Made by a program: the position numbers and the translations under genes. The notes under the pieces were generated by a model, which ran no database searches, was not told where the DNA came from, and worked only from the letters and a program-made list of their open reading frames with translations. Of a DNA stretch of 64,000 nucleotides, positions 29,724 to 38,042 are shown piece after piece. The stretch spans positions 257,544 through 321,543 of the forward strand of contig JBQTIY010000007.1 in NCBI GenBank assembly GCA_052387675.1. The letters run 5' to 3'. Within the stretch, counting starts at the first letter, position 1; each line of letters starts with the position of its first letter. This stretch comes from Planctomycetota bacterium (GTDB lineage: Bacteria > Planctomycetota > B15-G4).

Positions 29724-30229
29724 GCGCGGCGCTGCTCGCTCAACTCGAGGCGCCGATGCGGGCCGCGGCCGGCGCCAAGCTGGCCGATCCGGCCGCCGCG
29801 CGCGCAGCTCTGGCACGCGCCTTTCCGCACGATGGACCCGAGGGCCGCGCGCTGCGCGCGACGCTGCTCGCCGCGGTGCAGGCCGGCACGATCTGCGATC
29901 GCGGCAAGGACGCCATTCGCTACTCGCGCTTGGCGAAGCCCGAGGCCACGCCGCACGCGCTCTCGGTAGATTTTGTGTGGATGACCGGCCCGGGCATTTC
30001 GCACCGGCATCCGCGCGGCGAAGTGAACCTCTGTTACGCCGTGGAAGGCGATCCGCGCTTCGATGGACAGCCCGAGGGCTGGGTGGTTTTCCCGCCGGGC
30101 AGCGAGCACGTGCCCACGGTGAGCGGCGGACGCATGCTCATCGTTTACTTCCTGCCGGGCGGCGCCGTGGAATGGACGGCAGCCCCTACGAGCCCAGCGT
30201 CTGCCGGGCCCAAGCCAGAAGCGCGATGA
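29720..30229 (+). CDS. Cupin-like protein resembling the DUF4863 family
   Basis: There is an ATGA overlap with the bcp stop. HRHPRGEVNLCYAVEGDPRFDG...VFPPGSEHVPTVSGGRMLIVYFLPGG looks like a cupin metal site. The family name is from memory. Confidence 0.55.
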   Translation: MSAALLAQLEAPMRAAAGAKLADPAAARAALARAFPHDGPEGRALRATLLAAVQAGTICDRGKDAIRYSRLAKPEATPHALSVDFVWMTGPGISHRHPRGEVNLCYAVEGDPRFDGQPEGWVVFPPGSEHVPTVSGGRMLIVYFLPGGAVEWTAAPTSPASAGPKPEAR

Positions 30230-30818
30230 CCGCGACGAGCAGCACGGCGCTGCGCTCGGTCTTGAAGACCTTCTTCCAAGGGTAGGGCGGACGCTCGGCT
30301 GACCCGCTCGGTCGCGGGGGGCGCGGCAGGAAGCGCGGCACCGCGGCGCAGTAGGCGCGGAACTCGTCACCGTAGAGCCGCTGCAAGACGCGCTCCTCCC
30401 AGGCCACGACAGCGGCGTACCAAGCGAGGCAGGTCAGTGCGGCGAGGCTCGCCAGCCAGGCCGGCCCGAGCGCGAGGCAGGCGCCCGCCAGGCCGAGCGC
30501 ATTGGCGAGGTAGAGCGGATTGCGCACCCAGGCGAAGGGCCCGCTGGTGACGAGGACCTTGCGCTCTTGCGCCTTGCGCGAGTGCACGCGCACCGAGCCG
30601 CGTAAATGCCGACAGCACCACAGGCGCAGCAGCAGATGCAGCACAAGCAGGACCAGGCCTGCGGCGAGGCCCAGCGGTCGCGCACCGCCGAGCAAGGCTG
30701 CTGCCAGCACGAAGGGCAGATGCACCAAGCGCCGGTTGTCAAAGAGCCAGCCGCTTTCGCGCTCCGCTGCGCTGCCGGCAGGCGCGGCCGCGTCGGGTTC
30801 GACGAGCGGTGCGCTCAC
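30186..30818 (-). CDS. ICMT/PEMT-like membrane methyltransferase, paralog 2
   Basis: The GTG start at 30818 forms a GTGA overlap with the upstream stop at 30815. It carries GPFAWVRNPLYLAN, VAWEERVLQRLYGDEFRAYCAAVPRF, and a YPWKKV + TM tail like paralog 1. The ORF-track N-terminal 195 aa are shadow sequence. Confidence 0.75.
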   Translation of the reverse strand: MSAPLVEPDAAAPAGSAAERESGWLFDNRRLVHLPFVLAAALLGGARPLGLAAGLVLLVLHLLLRLWCCRHLRGSVRVHSRKAQERKVLVTSGPFAWVRNPLYLANALGLAGACLALGPAWLASLAALTCLAWYAAVVAWEERVLQRLYGDEFRAYCAAVPRFLPRPPRPSGSAERPPYPWKKVFKTERSAVLLVAVIALLAWARQTLGS

Positions 30819-32596
30819 GAGCGCCCCCGCGCGCCGGGCCCGGTCGCCTCGCCAGCGGCCGCCGCGGTGGCCGCGGCGCCGCCTGCTAGCACCGCTTCCA
30901 GTTGCTCCAAGACTTCGTACTTGCCGAGTCGCGGCGACGCACCACGCCTCGCGCGGCGACGCTGCTCGCGCCGCCGATCCAGCCGCCACATGAGGCGCCA
31001 GAAGGCCGAGCGCGGGTGCAGGTAACGGCGCACAGTTTCCTCGAGCAGTTCGCGCGCGCCATAGGCCTGCACGAAGAGGCGCAGATCCTCGGCGAAGTGG
31101 ACACCTGCGCCGATGCGCGCCAGCGAGCGCAAGCACTCGGCGACTTCCTTGGCCACGAGCGGGCGCAAGTCGCCGCGGCGCACATAAGCATTCTCCAAGT
31201 CGAAGCTCACCAGCCGCTCGCCGCTGACCAGGACGTGGTCGAGACTGCCGTGCTCCTGGATGAGGCCCGACTCTTGCCGCTCCAGCGCGAGCCGGTGCCG
31301 CTGGGCGAGCGTGCGCGCGAAGCGCCCCAGCAAAGTGCGGCGCGTGGCCGCGGACAGGCCGGGCTCTTCGAGTGCGGCGTGCAGCGAGCGGCCCTCGATC
31401 CACTCCAGGATCCGTGTGCGGGGATTGACGAGGCCGGGGTGCTGGTCCGCGAGTTCGCGCGGCACGTCGAAACCCGCCGCGCGCCAGAGCGCCAGCAGCC
31501 GCCCCTCAGTGGCCCGCCGCGCCGCGCCGGAGGGCCGGCTCTTGCCGCCACGCAGCGCGTAGCCGAGTTCGCGCACGCAGCGCGTGACGAAGGGACCGCG
31601 CTCACCGTAGTACTTCTGCACCACCGGGCCGCGCGCCGTCTCCACGCGCCACACGCGATTGCCTTGCAGCGCTCCGGTGGGCAGCACTCCGGTGGGCACG
31701 CTGCGCCGCCCGCCGGTCAGCGAGGCCGCGTCCAGGCGCCGGCGCAGATCCAGCGCCACGGCGTATTTGCTCCAGCGACTCTGGTGCTTGGGCTTGAGCC
31801 GGTAATCGAGCCGGCGCCCCAAGCGAATGAACAGATTCCCGTTGCGGAAGGCGTGCTCCCAGGCCGCGAGCAGCAGCGTCTTGTCGGGGTAGTGCGCCAC
31901 GAGTTCATCGAGCAGCTCTGCGTACTTCTCGGCGCCGAAAAACTTTCCGCAGGAGCGCAAGTAGGCCAAGAGCTCGCGCCCCACCAGGTCGCGGACCTTG
32001 CGCGAAGTGAAGCAGATCTCGAAATCAAAGTACGTGAAGCCGCCCTGCCAGAGCATGACGTGCTTCATGTCGCCGTTCTCGTGGATCAGGCGCGGCTCAC
32101 CCAGCGCCACGGCCAGTTCGTGCCGACGGTGCCACTCGCCGACGAAGCGCCGCCACGTGGCGAGGCGCTCGGGCCAGGGCACGCTTTCGTCCACGAAGTA
32201 CTCGCGGAAGTGCCGGCCGGGCGTCCAGTCGTAGAGCATGTAGCCCTGCTCGGGCAGCCCCTCCACGCGCACTTCGGGATGCATCCCGAAGCAGCGAAAG
32301 CCGTGGCGCTCCCAGAGCCGGATGCACTCGGTCTCTTGGCGGAAGCGCGCGCGCGGCATGTGCGAGCTGCGCCCGGTGAGCAGCCGATTGCCGAGCGTCT
32401 TCTTCCAGTGCAAGAGCGCGCCGCGGCTGCCGAAATAGACCTTGAGCACGGCGGCGCCGTCGGTGCCGCCGGCGAAGGGAATCTTCCAGACGAAGTTGCC
32501 TTCGCCGGCCAGCGCCTCGCGCGGCAATTCGCTGAGACGCAAGCTCCGAGGCGCGGGAGCGGGCGCAGCGGGGTCCGACGCGACACCTGTCGTCAT
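30815..32596 (-). CDS. Protein with two tandem protein-kinase-like (Kdo/WaaP lipopolysaccharide-kinase / RIO-like) domains
   Basis: The start ATG 32596 forms an ATGA overlap with the upstream stop. Domain 1 has AAVLKVYFG (beta3 Lys), LIHENGDMKHVML and YFDFE. Domain 2 has PVVQKYYGE, LIQEHGSLDHVLV and SFDLENA. The tail is basic, Arg-rich and Ala-rich. Confidence 0.65.
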   Translation of the reverse strand: MTTGVASDPAAPAPAPRSLRLSELPREALAGEGNFVWKIPFAGGTDGAAVLKVYFGSRGALLHWKKTLGNRLLTGRSSHMPRARFRQETECIRLWERHGFRCFGMHPEVRVEGLPEQGYMLYDWTPGRHFREYFVDESVPWPERLATWRRFVGEWHRRHELAVALGEPRLIHENGDMKHVMLWQGGFTYFDFEICFTSRKVRDLVGRELLAYLRSCGKFFGAEKYAELLDELVAHYPDKTLLLAAWEHAFRNGNLFIRLGRRLDYRLKPKHQSRWSKYAVALDLRRRLDAASLTGGRRSVPTGVLPTGALQGNRVWRVETARGPVVQKYYGERGPFVTRCVRELGYALRGGKSRPSGAARRATEGRLLALWRAAGFDVPRELADQHPGLVNPRTRILEWIEGRSLHAALEEPGLSAATRRTLLGRFARTLAQRHRLALERQESGLIQEHGSLDHVLVSGERLVSFDLENAYVRRGDLRPLVAKEVAECLRSLARIGAGVHFAEDLRLFVQAYGARELLEETVRRYLHPRSAFWRLMWRLDRRREQRRRARRGASPRLGKYEVLEQLEAVLAGGAAATAAAAGEATGPGARGRS

Positions 32597-34515
32597 GGCC
32601 GACCGCTGTCGAGGAGCCGCACGAACTCGCTCGGCTCGGCCTTGAGCACGAGCAGATCGTCGTGCTGCTCGAGCAGGCCGCGCACGCGTAGCGGCTCGGC
32701 CACGCGATCCAGGATCTCGGCGTTGAGGGCGCGGCCGTCGCGCCCAACCAAGAGCAAGCCCGCCTCGCCGCCCTCCGACAGACGCACGAGCAGCAGCACC
32801 GGCAGGCCGCCACTCAGACAGCGCACGGCGCAGGCGCGATGCGTGCGCGTGTCCGCCGGCACCATGACACCGAAGTGGCACTTGCTGTCCACGATCTCGC
32901 CGACCACTTCGATCTCGCCCAGGACCAGCGCCGCAGGCGGCGGCTCGGCGGGCGCGCCGGCAGCGGCGGCCGACAGCTCTAGCGCCGACGTTTCGGCAGA
33001 GGCCGGCAGCACCATCGGCGCGTCGGCAAGTTCGAGCATGACCTGACCCTGGCGATGGACGAGTGAGCCGCGCAGGCGCACAGTCTGCCCGTCGAGGCCG
33101 GCCACAAGCGACTCGGCGCCGTGCTTGCCCGGCGCCACGAGCAGATAACGCGACACGAGCGGCACCGCGTGGCCGGCCACGAGTCCTGGCCGCCGCACGC
33201 GCAGCGAGGGCGTCGGCTGCTCGGCGAGCTGGCCCTCAAAGTCGCGCACGATCCCAAACTCGAAGTCTGCGGGTTGGAAGGGTCCCAGCGCGGCGGCCAG
33301 GCCGGCCGCGAGCAGGGACACCACGAGCAAGAGCAGAAGCGAGCTGCGTCGCAGCGCGCGCGCCACCGAGGCCGCCGCCGGCAGGTAGCCGATGTAGAAG
33401 GGCTCCACGCCCTTCGCGCGCGTTTGCTCGGACGCGCAGCGCGCCGGCTCTTGCGGCGTGCCCGCCGGCGCCGGGCGGGGGTCCACCTGCACGCGTCCCT
33501 CCACGAGCCGCACGCGATAGGTCGCCACGCGCTCGGTGAAAGGCGGCGGCGAGCAGCCGTCTTCGGGGCGGTACTGGTAACCATGCCAGGGGCACGTCAC
33601 GCAGCCGTCCACGATGCGTCCCTCGCCGAGCGGTCCGCCTTGATGCCGGCAGACATTGCTCAGTGCGGCGACGCGGCCCTGCCAGCGAAAGATCGCCACG
33701 CGCTCGCCGGAAAGCAGCACGACTCGCGCTCGGTCCTCGGGAATCTCCGACGCGAGGCCGGTGTCCACCCAGTCGACTTCGGCGGCGGCAGGCGTCGGCC
33801 GCTGTGCACCAGCACCGCCCGCGCCCGCCGCAGCGCGCTCTGTGCCGCTCCGGTCGCCTCGGCGCTCCCGCAGTCCCGCAGCGAGGTGCCAGCCGCCCAC
33901 CCAGAGCACACCAAGGCCGAGCAGAGCCGCGCGCGTCCATCCGACTTCATCTTGCAGCACGCCGAAGCCCACATGGAGCACGAGCAAGAGCCAGGCCACG
34001 TAGACCAGCATGTGCAGCGCCTTCCACAGCGGGGCGCCGAGATTCGCGAGCCAGAAGTCATGGCTCGTGGCGGCCATGAGGGACAGGATGAGCAGCGCCG
34101 CCGCACCGAAGATCTGGAAGGGCAGGCGTTGCAAACTGTCCCAGGCCGACTCGGCTGTGAGCAGCGAGACGAGCGGGTTCACGTCGCCGAGGGCGTGATA
34201 TTGGAAGAGCGCGAATGCGCCGTGCAGGGCCGCCAGGCAGAACATCGCCACGCCGAGGTGGCGGCGGTTGTAGAGCAGCGGCAGCCAGCGCGGCTGGAAG
34301 CGACAGAGCGGGCCGAGCGTGAGAATCAGGTGCAGCAGGATGATGGCGCCGCTGCCGGTGGCGCGCAGGATCAGCGTCTCGGCGGTGGCCTGCGGATGCA
34401 GCGCCGCGCCGACGCCCAGAAACACGCCGAGATAGAGCAAAGCGCCGGCGAGCAGCACCAAGTCATAGCGCTGCTTGTTGCGGTTCCAGCTCACCGCGCG
34501 ATAGCCGACGCTCAC
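32593..34515 (-). CDS. Fusion: ferric-reductase-like di-heme TM domain + Rieske [2Fe-2S] domain + TM + Cys/His-containing C-terminal domain
   Basis: The GTG start at 34515 forms a GTGA overlap. The 6-TM N-domain has conserved His residues (LLHLILTLGP, NRRHLGVAMFCLAALHG, WKALHMLVYVAWLLLVLH). The Rieske motif is CRHQGGPLGEGRIVDGCVTCPWHGY (CxH-x16-CxxH). An extra TM segment (LLLLLVVSLLAAGLAAAL) follows, and the C-terminal domain contains GEIVDSKCHFGVM...HRACAVRCLSGG. Confidence 0.8.
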   Translation of the reverse strand: MSVGYRAVSWNRNKQRYDLVLLAGALLYLGVFLGVGAALHPQATAETLILRATGSGAIILLHLILTLGPLCRFQPRWLPLLYNRRHLGVAMFCLAALHGAFALFQYHALGDVNPLVSLLTAESAWDSLQRLPFQIFGAAALLILSLMAATSHDFWLANLGAPLWKALHMLVYVAWLLLVLHVGFGVLQDEVGWTRAALLGLGVLWVGGWHLAAGLRERRGDRSGTERAAAGAGGAGAQRPTPAAAEVDWVDTGLASEIPEDRARVVLLSGERVAIFRWQGRVAALSNVCRHQGGPLGEGRIVDGCVTCPWHGYQYRPEDGCSPPPFTERVATYRVRLVEGRVQVDPRPAPAGTPQEPARCASEQTRAKGVEPFYIGYLPAAASVARALRRSSLLLLLVVSLLAAGLAAALGPFQPADFEFGIVRDFEGQLAEQPTPSLRVRRPGLVAGHAVPLVSRYLLVAPGKHGAESLVAGLDGQTVRLRGSLVHRQGQVMLELADAPMVLPASAETSALELSAAAAGAPAEPPPAALVLGEIEVVGEIVDSKCHFGVMVPADTRTHRACAVRCLSGGLPVLLLVRLSEGGEAGLLLVGRDGRALNAEILDRVAEPLRVRGLLEQHDDLLVLKAEPSEFVRLLDSGRP

Positions 34516-35075
34516 GGTTGGTCGTCGAGCCTCTCGACGCCGCGCGGGAAGAAGGCCCGCGCGATCTCCTCGGCCTGCGCGAGGCTGTACAGGATGAGGT
34601 GTCCGGCCTCGCCGACTCGCTCCTTGGGCAGGCGGAAGTGCCCGGCGCCATCGCCGCGCAGCGCGCCGAGCAAGTAGGCCGAGCCGAGCCGGGCCTCCAG
34701 ATCGCCCGCGCGCGACGTCACGCCTGTCTCGTCGGGCAGCCAGTAGAGCAGCACGTCCGGCCGGCGCAGCGCCGTCAGCGGGGTCAACTCCAGCCAGAAG
34801 CCGTCATCGCCACTCTGCGCCTCGGGCCGCCAGAGCCGGGTACGAATCGCCGCGCCCTCCCAAAGATCGTCGCGCTCCCAGGCCGGCGGCGCCGCAGACG
34901 AGGCCTTGAGCTCAATCGCTCCGAGCGTTTCGAGTGCAGCGCGCGGCTGGACTCCGTCCCACACCTCATCGTTGTTGCGAGAACGCGCGTCCAGCGCCAA
35001 GAGCAGGCCCACGAAGGCCAGCGGCGCGATGACCGCGAGCGTGCGCAGATGCCGGCGGCGCAGACGGAAGTTCAT
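34512..35075 (-). CDS. N-terminally anchored hypothetical protein (187 aa)
   Basis: The start ATG 35075 forms an ATGA overlap with the upstream stop. It has the TM segment LAVIAPLAFVGLLLAL and then a soluble domain with no recognisable motif. Confidence 0.55.
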   Translation of the reverse strand: MNFRLRRRHLRTLAVIAPLAFVGLLLALDARSRNNDEVWDGVQPRAALETLGAIELKASSAAPPAWERDDLWEGAAIRTRLWRPEAQSGDDGFWLELTPLTALRRPDVLLYWLPDETGVTSRAGDLEARLGSAYLLGALRGDGAGHFRLPKERVGEAGHLILYSLAQAEEIARAFFPRGVERLDDQP

Positions 35076-35296
35076 CGCGCCGAATCCGTTGCCGGCGCGT
35101 TGACCGCGCGCCACCAGCGCATCAGCAGCAGAGGCCAGAAGGCGGCGGCGCCGGGCAGGATGAGCAGGCGGAAGCCCCAGGTTGCAGAACGCGCTCCCGC
35201 GTCCACTCGCTGCACGCCGATCGCTACGAAGACCAGCGCGAACACCAGCCCCGCCAAGGCGTAGGCAGCCAGCACCGCCACGAATCCCTCGACCAT
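35072..35296 (-). CDS. Small two-TM membrane protein (74 aa), first gene of the operon
   Basis: The ATG at 35296 is preceded by a GGAGG RBS. The sequence is MVEGFVAVLAAYALAGLVFALVFVAIGV...WGFRLLILPGAAAFWPLLLMRWW. The ORF-track upstream extension is not supported. Confidence 0.45.
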   Translation of the reverse strand: MVEGFVAVLAAYALAGLVFALVFVAIGVQRVDAGARSATWGFRLLILPGAAAFWPLLLMRWWRAVNAPATDSAR

Positions 35297-35459
35297 CGCG
35301 AAGCCTCCGTTCACCGTCGCGAATGATAACGAGGACGCTAGCGCGAAATCGCCCGCTCCCTTAGGCTGGCCAGCCCTTTGCATCTCGGCCCCGAGGACTC
35401 GGCCCTCACCGCTTGGGCCGACCTCGACCGACCTCGGCCCCACCACGGAGATCCTCGGC

Positions 35460-36611
35460 ATGAAGACCCTGCTCGCCTGCGCCTTCGCTGTCTCGATGCT
35501 CGCCACCACCGCATTCGGTCAGGTGCGCTATCGCGCCGACCTTGACGGCTTCCAGGAAGCACCCGTGGCCGTGCCCGGCACGCTCGCCGGCGGCTGGGGC
35601 ACCTTCGATCTCAACACGACCACCAATCGCATCACCTACTCGGTGCGCACCTGGGGCCTCACCGCCACCATGGCGCACGTGCACCTCGGCGCGCCGGGCG
35701 TGGCCGGCGGCATCGTCTTCGCACTCAGTGGCGGCCCGGTGAACTTCTCCGGCCTCTCGCCCGTGCTCACGGCCGCTCAGTTGTCCGCGCTGGAGGCGGG
35801 CAACCTCTACGTGAACGTGCACACCGCAGCGAACCCCGCCGGTGAAATCCGCGGACAGCTCTACCTGAACCCGCGTGTCTTCGGCACGGTGCTGGATCAG
35901 GCGCAGGAAACGCCGGTCCCGCTGCCCTCGGCCGCCACCGGCACCGGCAACTTCTCGCTCAACGCGGGCAACACGCTCAATTACTCCGTGAACACGGCGG
36001 GACTCTCCGGCCCAGCCTTCGCTGCGCACTTGCACGGCGCTCTCTTCGGCGTGCCAGGCGGCATCGAGGTCAACATGACGCCCGGCCCCACCTCCTGGAA
36101 CGGCACCTCGCTCGCTCTGTCACTGGGACAGATCGAGGAGCTGCAGAACAAAGGCTGGTACGCCAACGTGCACACCGCGTTGAACCCCGGCGGTGAGATC
36201 CGCGGCCAACTCGTGCCGAGCGGCATTCCCTACGGCCCGCCGAGCGACCCGCCCACCGGCACGATCACGCTGCGCTCCACCGGCGCGCCCACCGACCTCG
36301 GCGGCGGCGGCGTCTTCAACGTAGACATCACCAAGGCCAAGCCCTTCGGCCTCGGCTACATCTTTGTTGGCCTCGCCCCGGACTCGCTGATGTTCAAGGA
36401 CGAGCCGATGCTGGTGAACCTCGGCACCGTCTTCAGCACGGTCTTGGTTCCCTTCAACGGTGTCGGCGAACTGCACGGCAGCGCGCTGACGCCGCCGCTG
36501 AGCGGCTCGGTGGACCTCTGCCTGCAGGTCTTCGGTCTCGATGTGACCGCGCCGAACGGCAAGTTCAACGTGAGCAACGGACTCATCATCCCGTTCTCGC
36601 ACTTCCCGTAA
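35460..36611 (+). CDS. Secreted protein with two CHRD domains + the recurrent C-terminal module
   Basis: The signal peptide is MKTLLACAFAVSMLATTAFGQ. CHRD signatures are AHVHLGAPGVAGGIVFAL...NVHTAANPAGEIRGQL and AHLHGALFGVPGG...NVHTALNPGGEIRGQL. For the C-terminal ~100 aa, see findings. Confidence 0.8.
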   Translation: MKTLLACAFAVSMLATTAFGQVRYRADLDGFQEAPVAVPGTLAGGWGTFDLNTTTNRITYSVRTWGLTATMAHVHLGAPGVAGGIVFALSGGPVNFSGLSPVLTAAQLSALEAGNLYVNVHTAANPAGEIRGQLYLNPRVFGTVLDQAQETPVPLPSAATGTGNFSLNAGNTLNYSVNTAGLSGPAFAAHLHGALFGVPGGIEVNMTPGPTSWNGTSLALSLGQIEELQNKGWYANVHTALNPGGEIRGQLVPSGIPYGPPSDPPTGTITLRSTGAPTDLGGGGVFNVDITKAKPFGLGYIFVGLAPDSLMFKDEPMLVNLGTVFSTVLVPFNGVGELHGSALTPPLSGSVDLCLQVFGLDVTAPNGKFNVSNGLIIPFSHFP

Positions 36612-36615
36612 GGGC

Positions 36616-36760
36616 AGCGCCCGCGGCGAGCGCTCAGTGCGCCCGCGGCGGGGGCTCGGCGGCGCCGCTCAGACACCTCGCCGACTCGGCCGATGCGGCC
36701 GAGAGGTCGGCTCGGAACTCGCGGTCCGCCGACACCCCGACGCGTCGCACACCGACGCAT
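36616..36760 (+). repeat. Intergenic repeat element, copy 2
   Basis: It starts 5 nt after the CHRD gene stop. It has the same core as copy 1, with a few substitutions and a 1-nt indel in the distal part. The central palindrome CTCGGCCGATGCGGCCGAG is intact. Confidence 0.9.
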
Positions 36761-36865
36761 CTATAGGAAGGCAGTGGGCAGCCGTGGAGCGCTGAGTACG
36801 CCCCTCGCGCCGGAGAGGCCTCAACGGTTATCCTCGCCAGATTCCGGCTCTCCCCTGAGGCTGCC

Positions 36866-37873
36866 ATGCCGTCGTCCGCCTTCGAATCCACTGACAGCCC
36901 CTCGGCCGATCCCGCAGCCGACACCCGAACGGCCGGCACTCAGTCGGCCGGTGCGATTCCGAACGGCGCCGTCCCGGCCTCGGCGGCCACGATGACGGCC
37001 GAGGAGCGCGCGCAGACCTATCGCGGCCTGATCGTGCTCAACAAGGGGCCGGGCCTCACCTCTCGCAAGGTGCTGAACCTGGTCGAGAAGCAGATCGACG
37101 CCGGGCCGCTCGGCCACTGCGGCAGCCTCGATCCGCTCGCCACCGGCGTTCTCGTGCTGGTGGTCGGCAAGGCCCGCAAGGTGCAGGACCTCATCGTGCG
37201 CGGCGAAAAGGTCTACGACATGACCGTGGTCTTCGGCGCGACGAGCGACACTGATGACGCTGAGGGGCAGGTCGTGCCAAACCCCGCAGCGCAGGCGCCC
37301 ACGCGCGAGGCGCTGCTCGCAGCGCTGCCCACCTTCACGGGCGAGATCCTGCAGGTGCCACCGACCTACAGTGCCGTGAAGGTGGATGGCCGCCGCATGC
37401 ACCGCGAGGCGCGCAAGGGTCGCCCGGTTGTCGCTGAGGCGCGGCCGGTGACGGTGCACGAGCTGCGCCTCGACCGCTACGAGTGGCCCGAGGCCGACCT
37501 GCACCTGCGCTGCACCTCCGGCACTTACGCGCGCGGCATTGCCCGCGACCTGGGCGCCCTGCTCGGCGTCGGCGGCTACATGTCGCGGCTGGTGCGCACG
37601 CGCGTCGGCGCGCTGACGCTCGATCAGGCCGTGCGTCCCGAAGAGGCCGGCGTGCAGCACATCGTCGGCATTGAAGCCGCGCTCAAGGTCTTCCCGCGCA
37701 TCAACGTGCCGCTGCAGCAGCGCAGCCGTCTGCTGCGCGGCCAGGCCCTGCGCACGCCGCCGGGCTTTCTCCCGCAAGATCCTTGCTTTGCCTGGGTCGA
37801 CGGCGAGGTCGTGGCCAGCGTGGCCTTCGTCGAGGACGGCAGCCACTTCCGGACCAAGAAGCTCCTCGTCTGA
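36866..37873 (+). CDS. truB: tRNA pseudouridine(55) synthase
   Basis: It has GLIVLNKGPGLTSRKV, GHCGSLDPLATGVLVLVVG (catalytic Asp) and QVPPTYSAVKVDGRR. The true start may be ATG 36992, because the first ~42 aa are low-complexity. Confidence 0.9.
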   Translation: MPSSAFESTDSPSADPAADTRTAGTQSAGAIPNGAVPASAATMTAEERAQTYRGLIVLNKGPGLTSRKVLNLVEKQIDAGPLGHCGSLDPLATGVLVLVVGKARKVQDLIVRGEKVYDMTVVFGATSDTDDAEGQVVPNPAAQAPTREALLAALPTFTGEILQVPPTYSAVKVDGRRMHREARKGRPVVAEARPVTVHELRLDRYEWPEADLHLRCTSGTYARGIARDLGALLGVGGYMSRLVRTRVGALTLDQAVRPEEAGVQHIVGIEAALKVFPRINVPLQQRSRLLRGQALRTPPGFLPQDPCFAWVDGEVVASVAFVEDGSHFRTKKLLV

Positions 37874-37879
37874 ACGAGG

Positions 37880-38042
37880 CCTTTCACTCGTGCAGCGGTG
37901 TGCGACGCGGCGGGGGTCGGTGTGCCGCGAGTTCCGAGCCGACCTCTCGGCCGCATCGGCCGAGTCGGCGAGGTGTCTGAGCGGCACCGCCGAGCCCCCG
38001 CCGCGGGCGCACTCAGCGCCCATCCGCGGGCGCACTCAGCGC
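37880..38042 (-). repeat. Intergenic repeat element, copy 3 (inverted relative to copies 1 and 2)
   Basis: Its reverse complement is near-identical to copy 1 and includes two subrepeats. It fills the whole gap between the truB stop (37873) and the convergent M14 peptidase stop (38042-38044). Confidence 0.9.

Noticed and set aside
25521-29816. Minus-strand ORFs 25040..26137, 25521..26762 and 28335..29816
   Set aside because: They are antisense to the CarboxypepD_reg repeat protein and to the HAD, bcp and DUF4863 genes. They have no motifs and are shadow ORFs.
36616-38042. truB flanked by inverted repeats, read as a composite transposon
   Set aside because: There is no transposase, the cargo is a housekeeping gene, and no target-site duplication is evident. 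A REP-like terminator element inserted independently at both gene ends is more parsimonious. I kept it as a finding about the repeat family, not as a mobile element.
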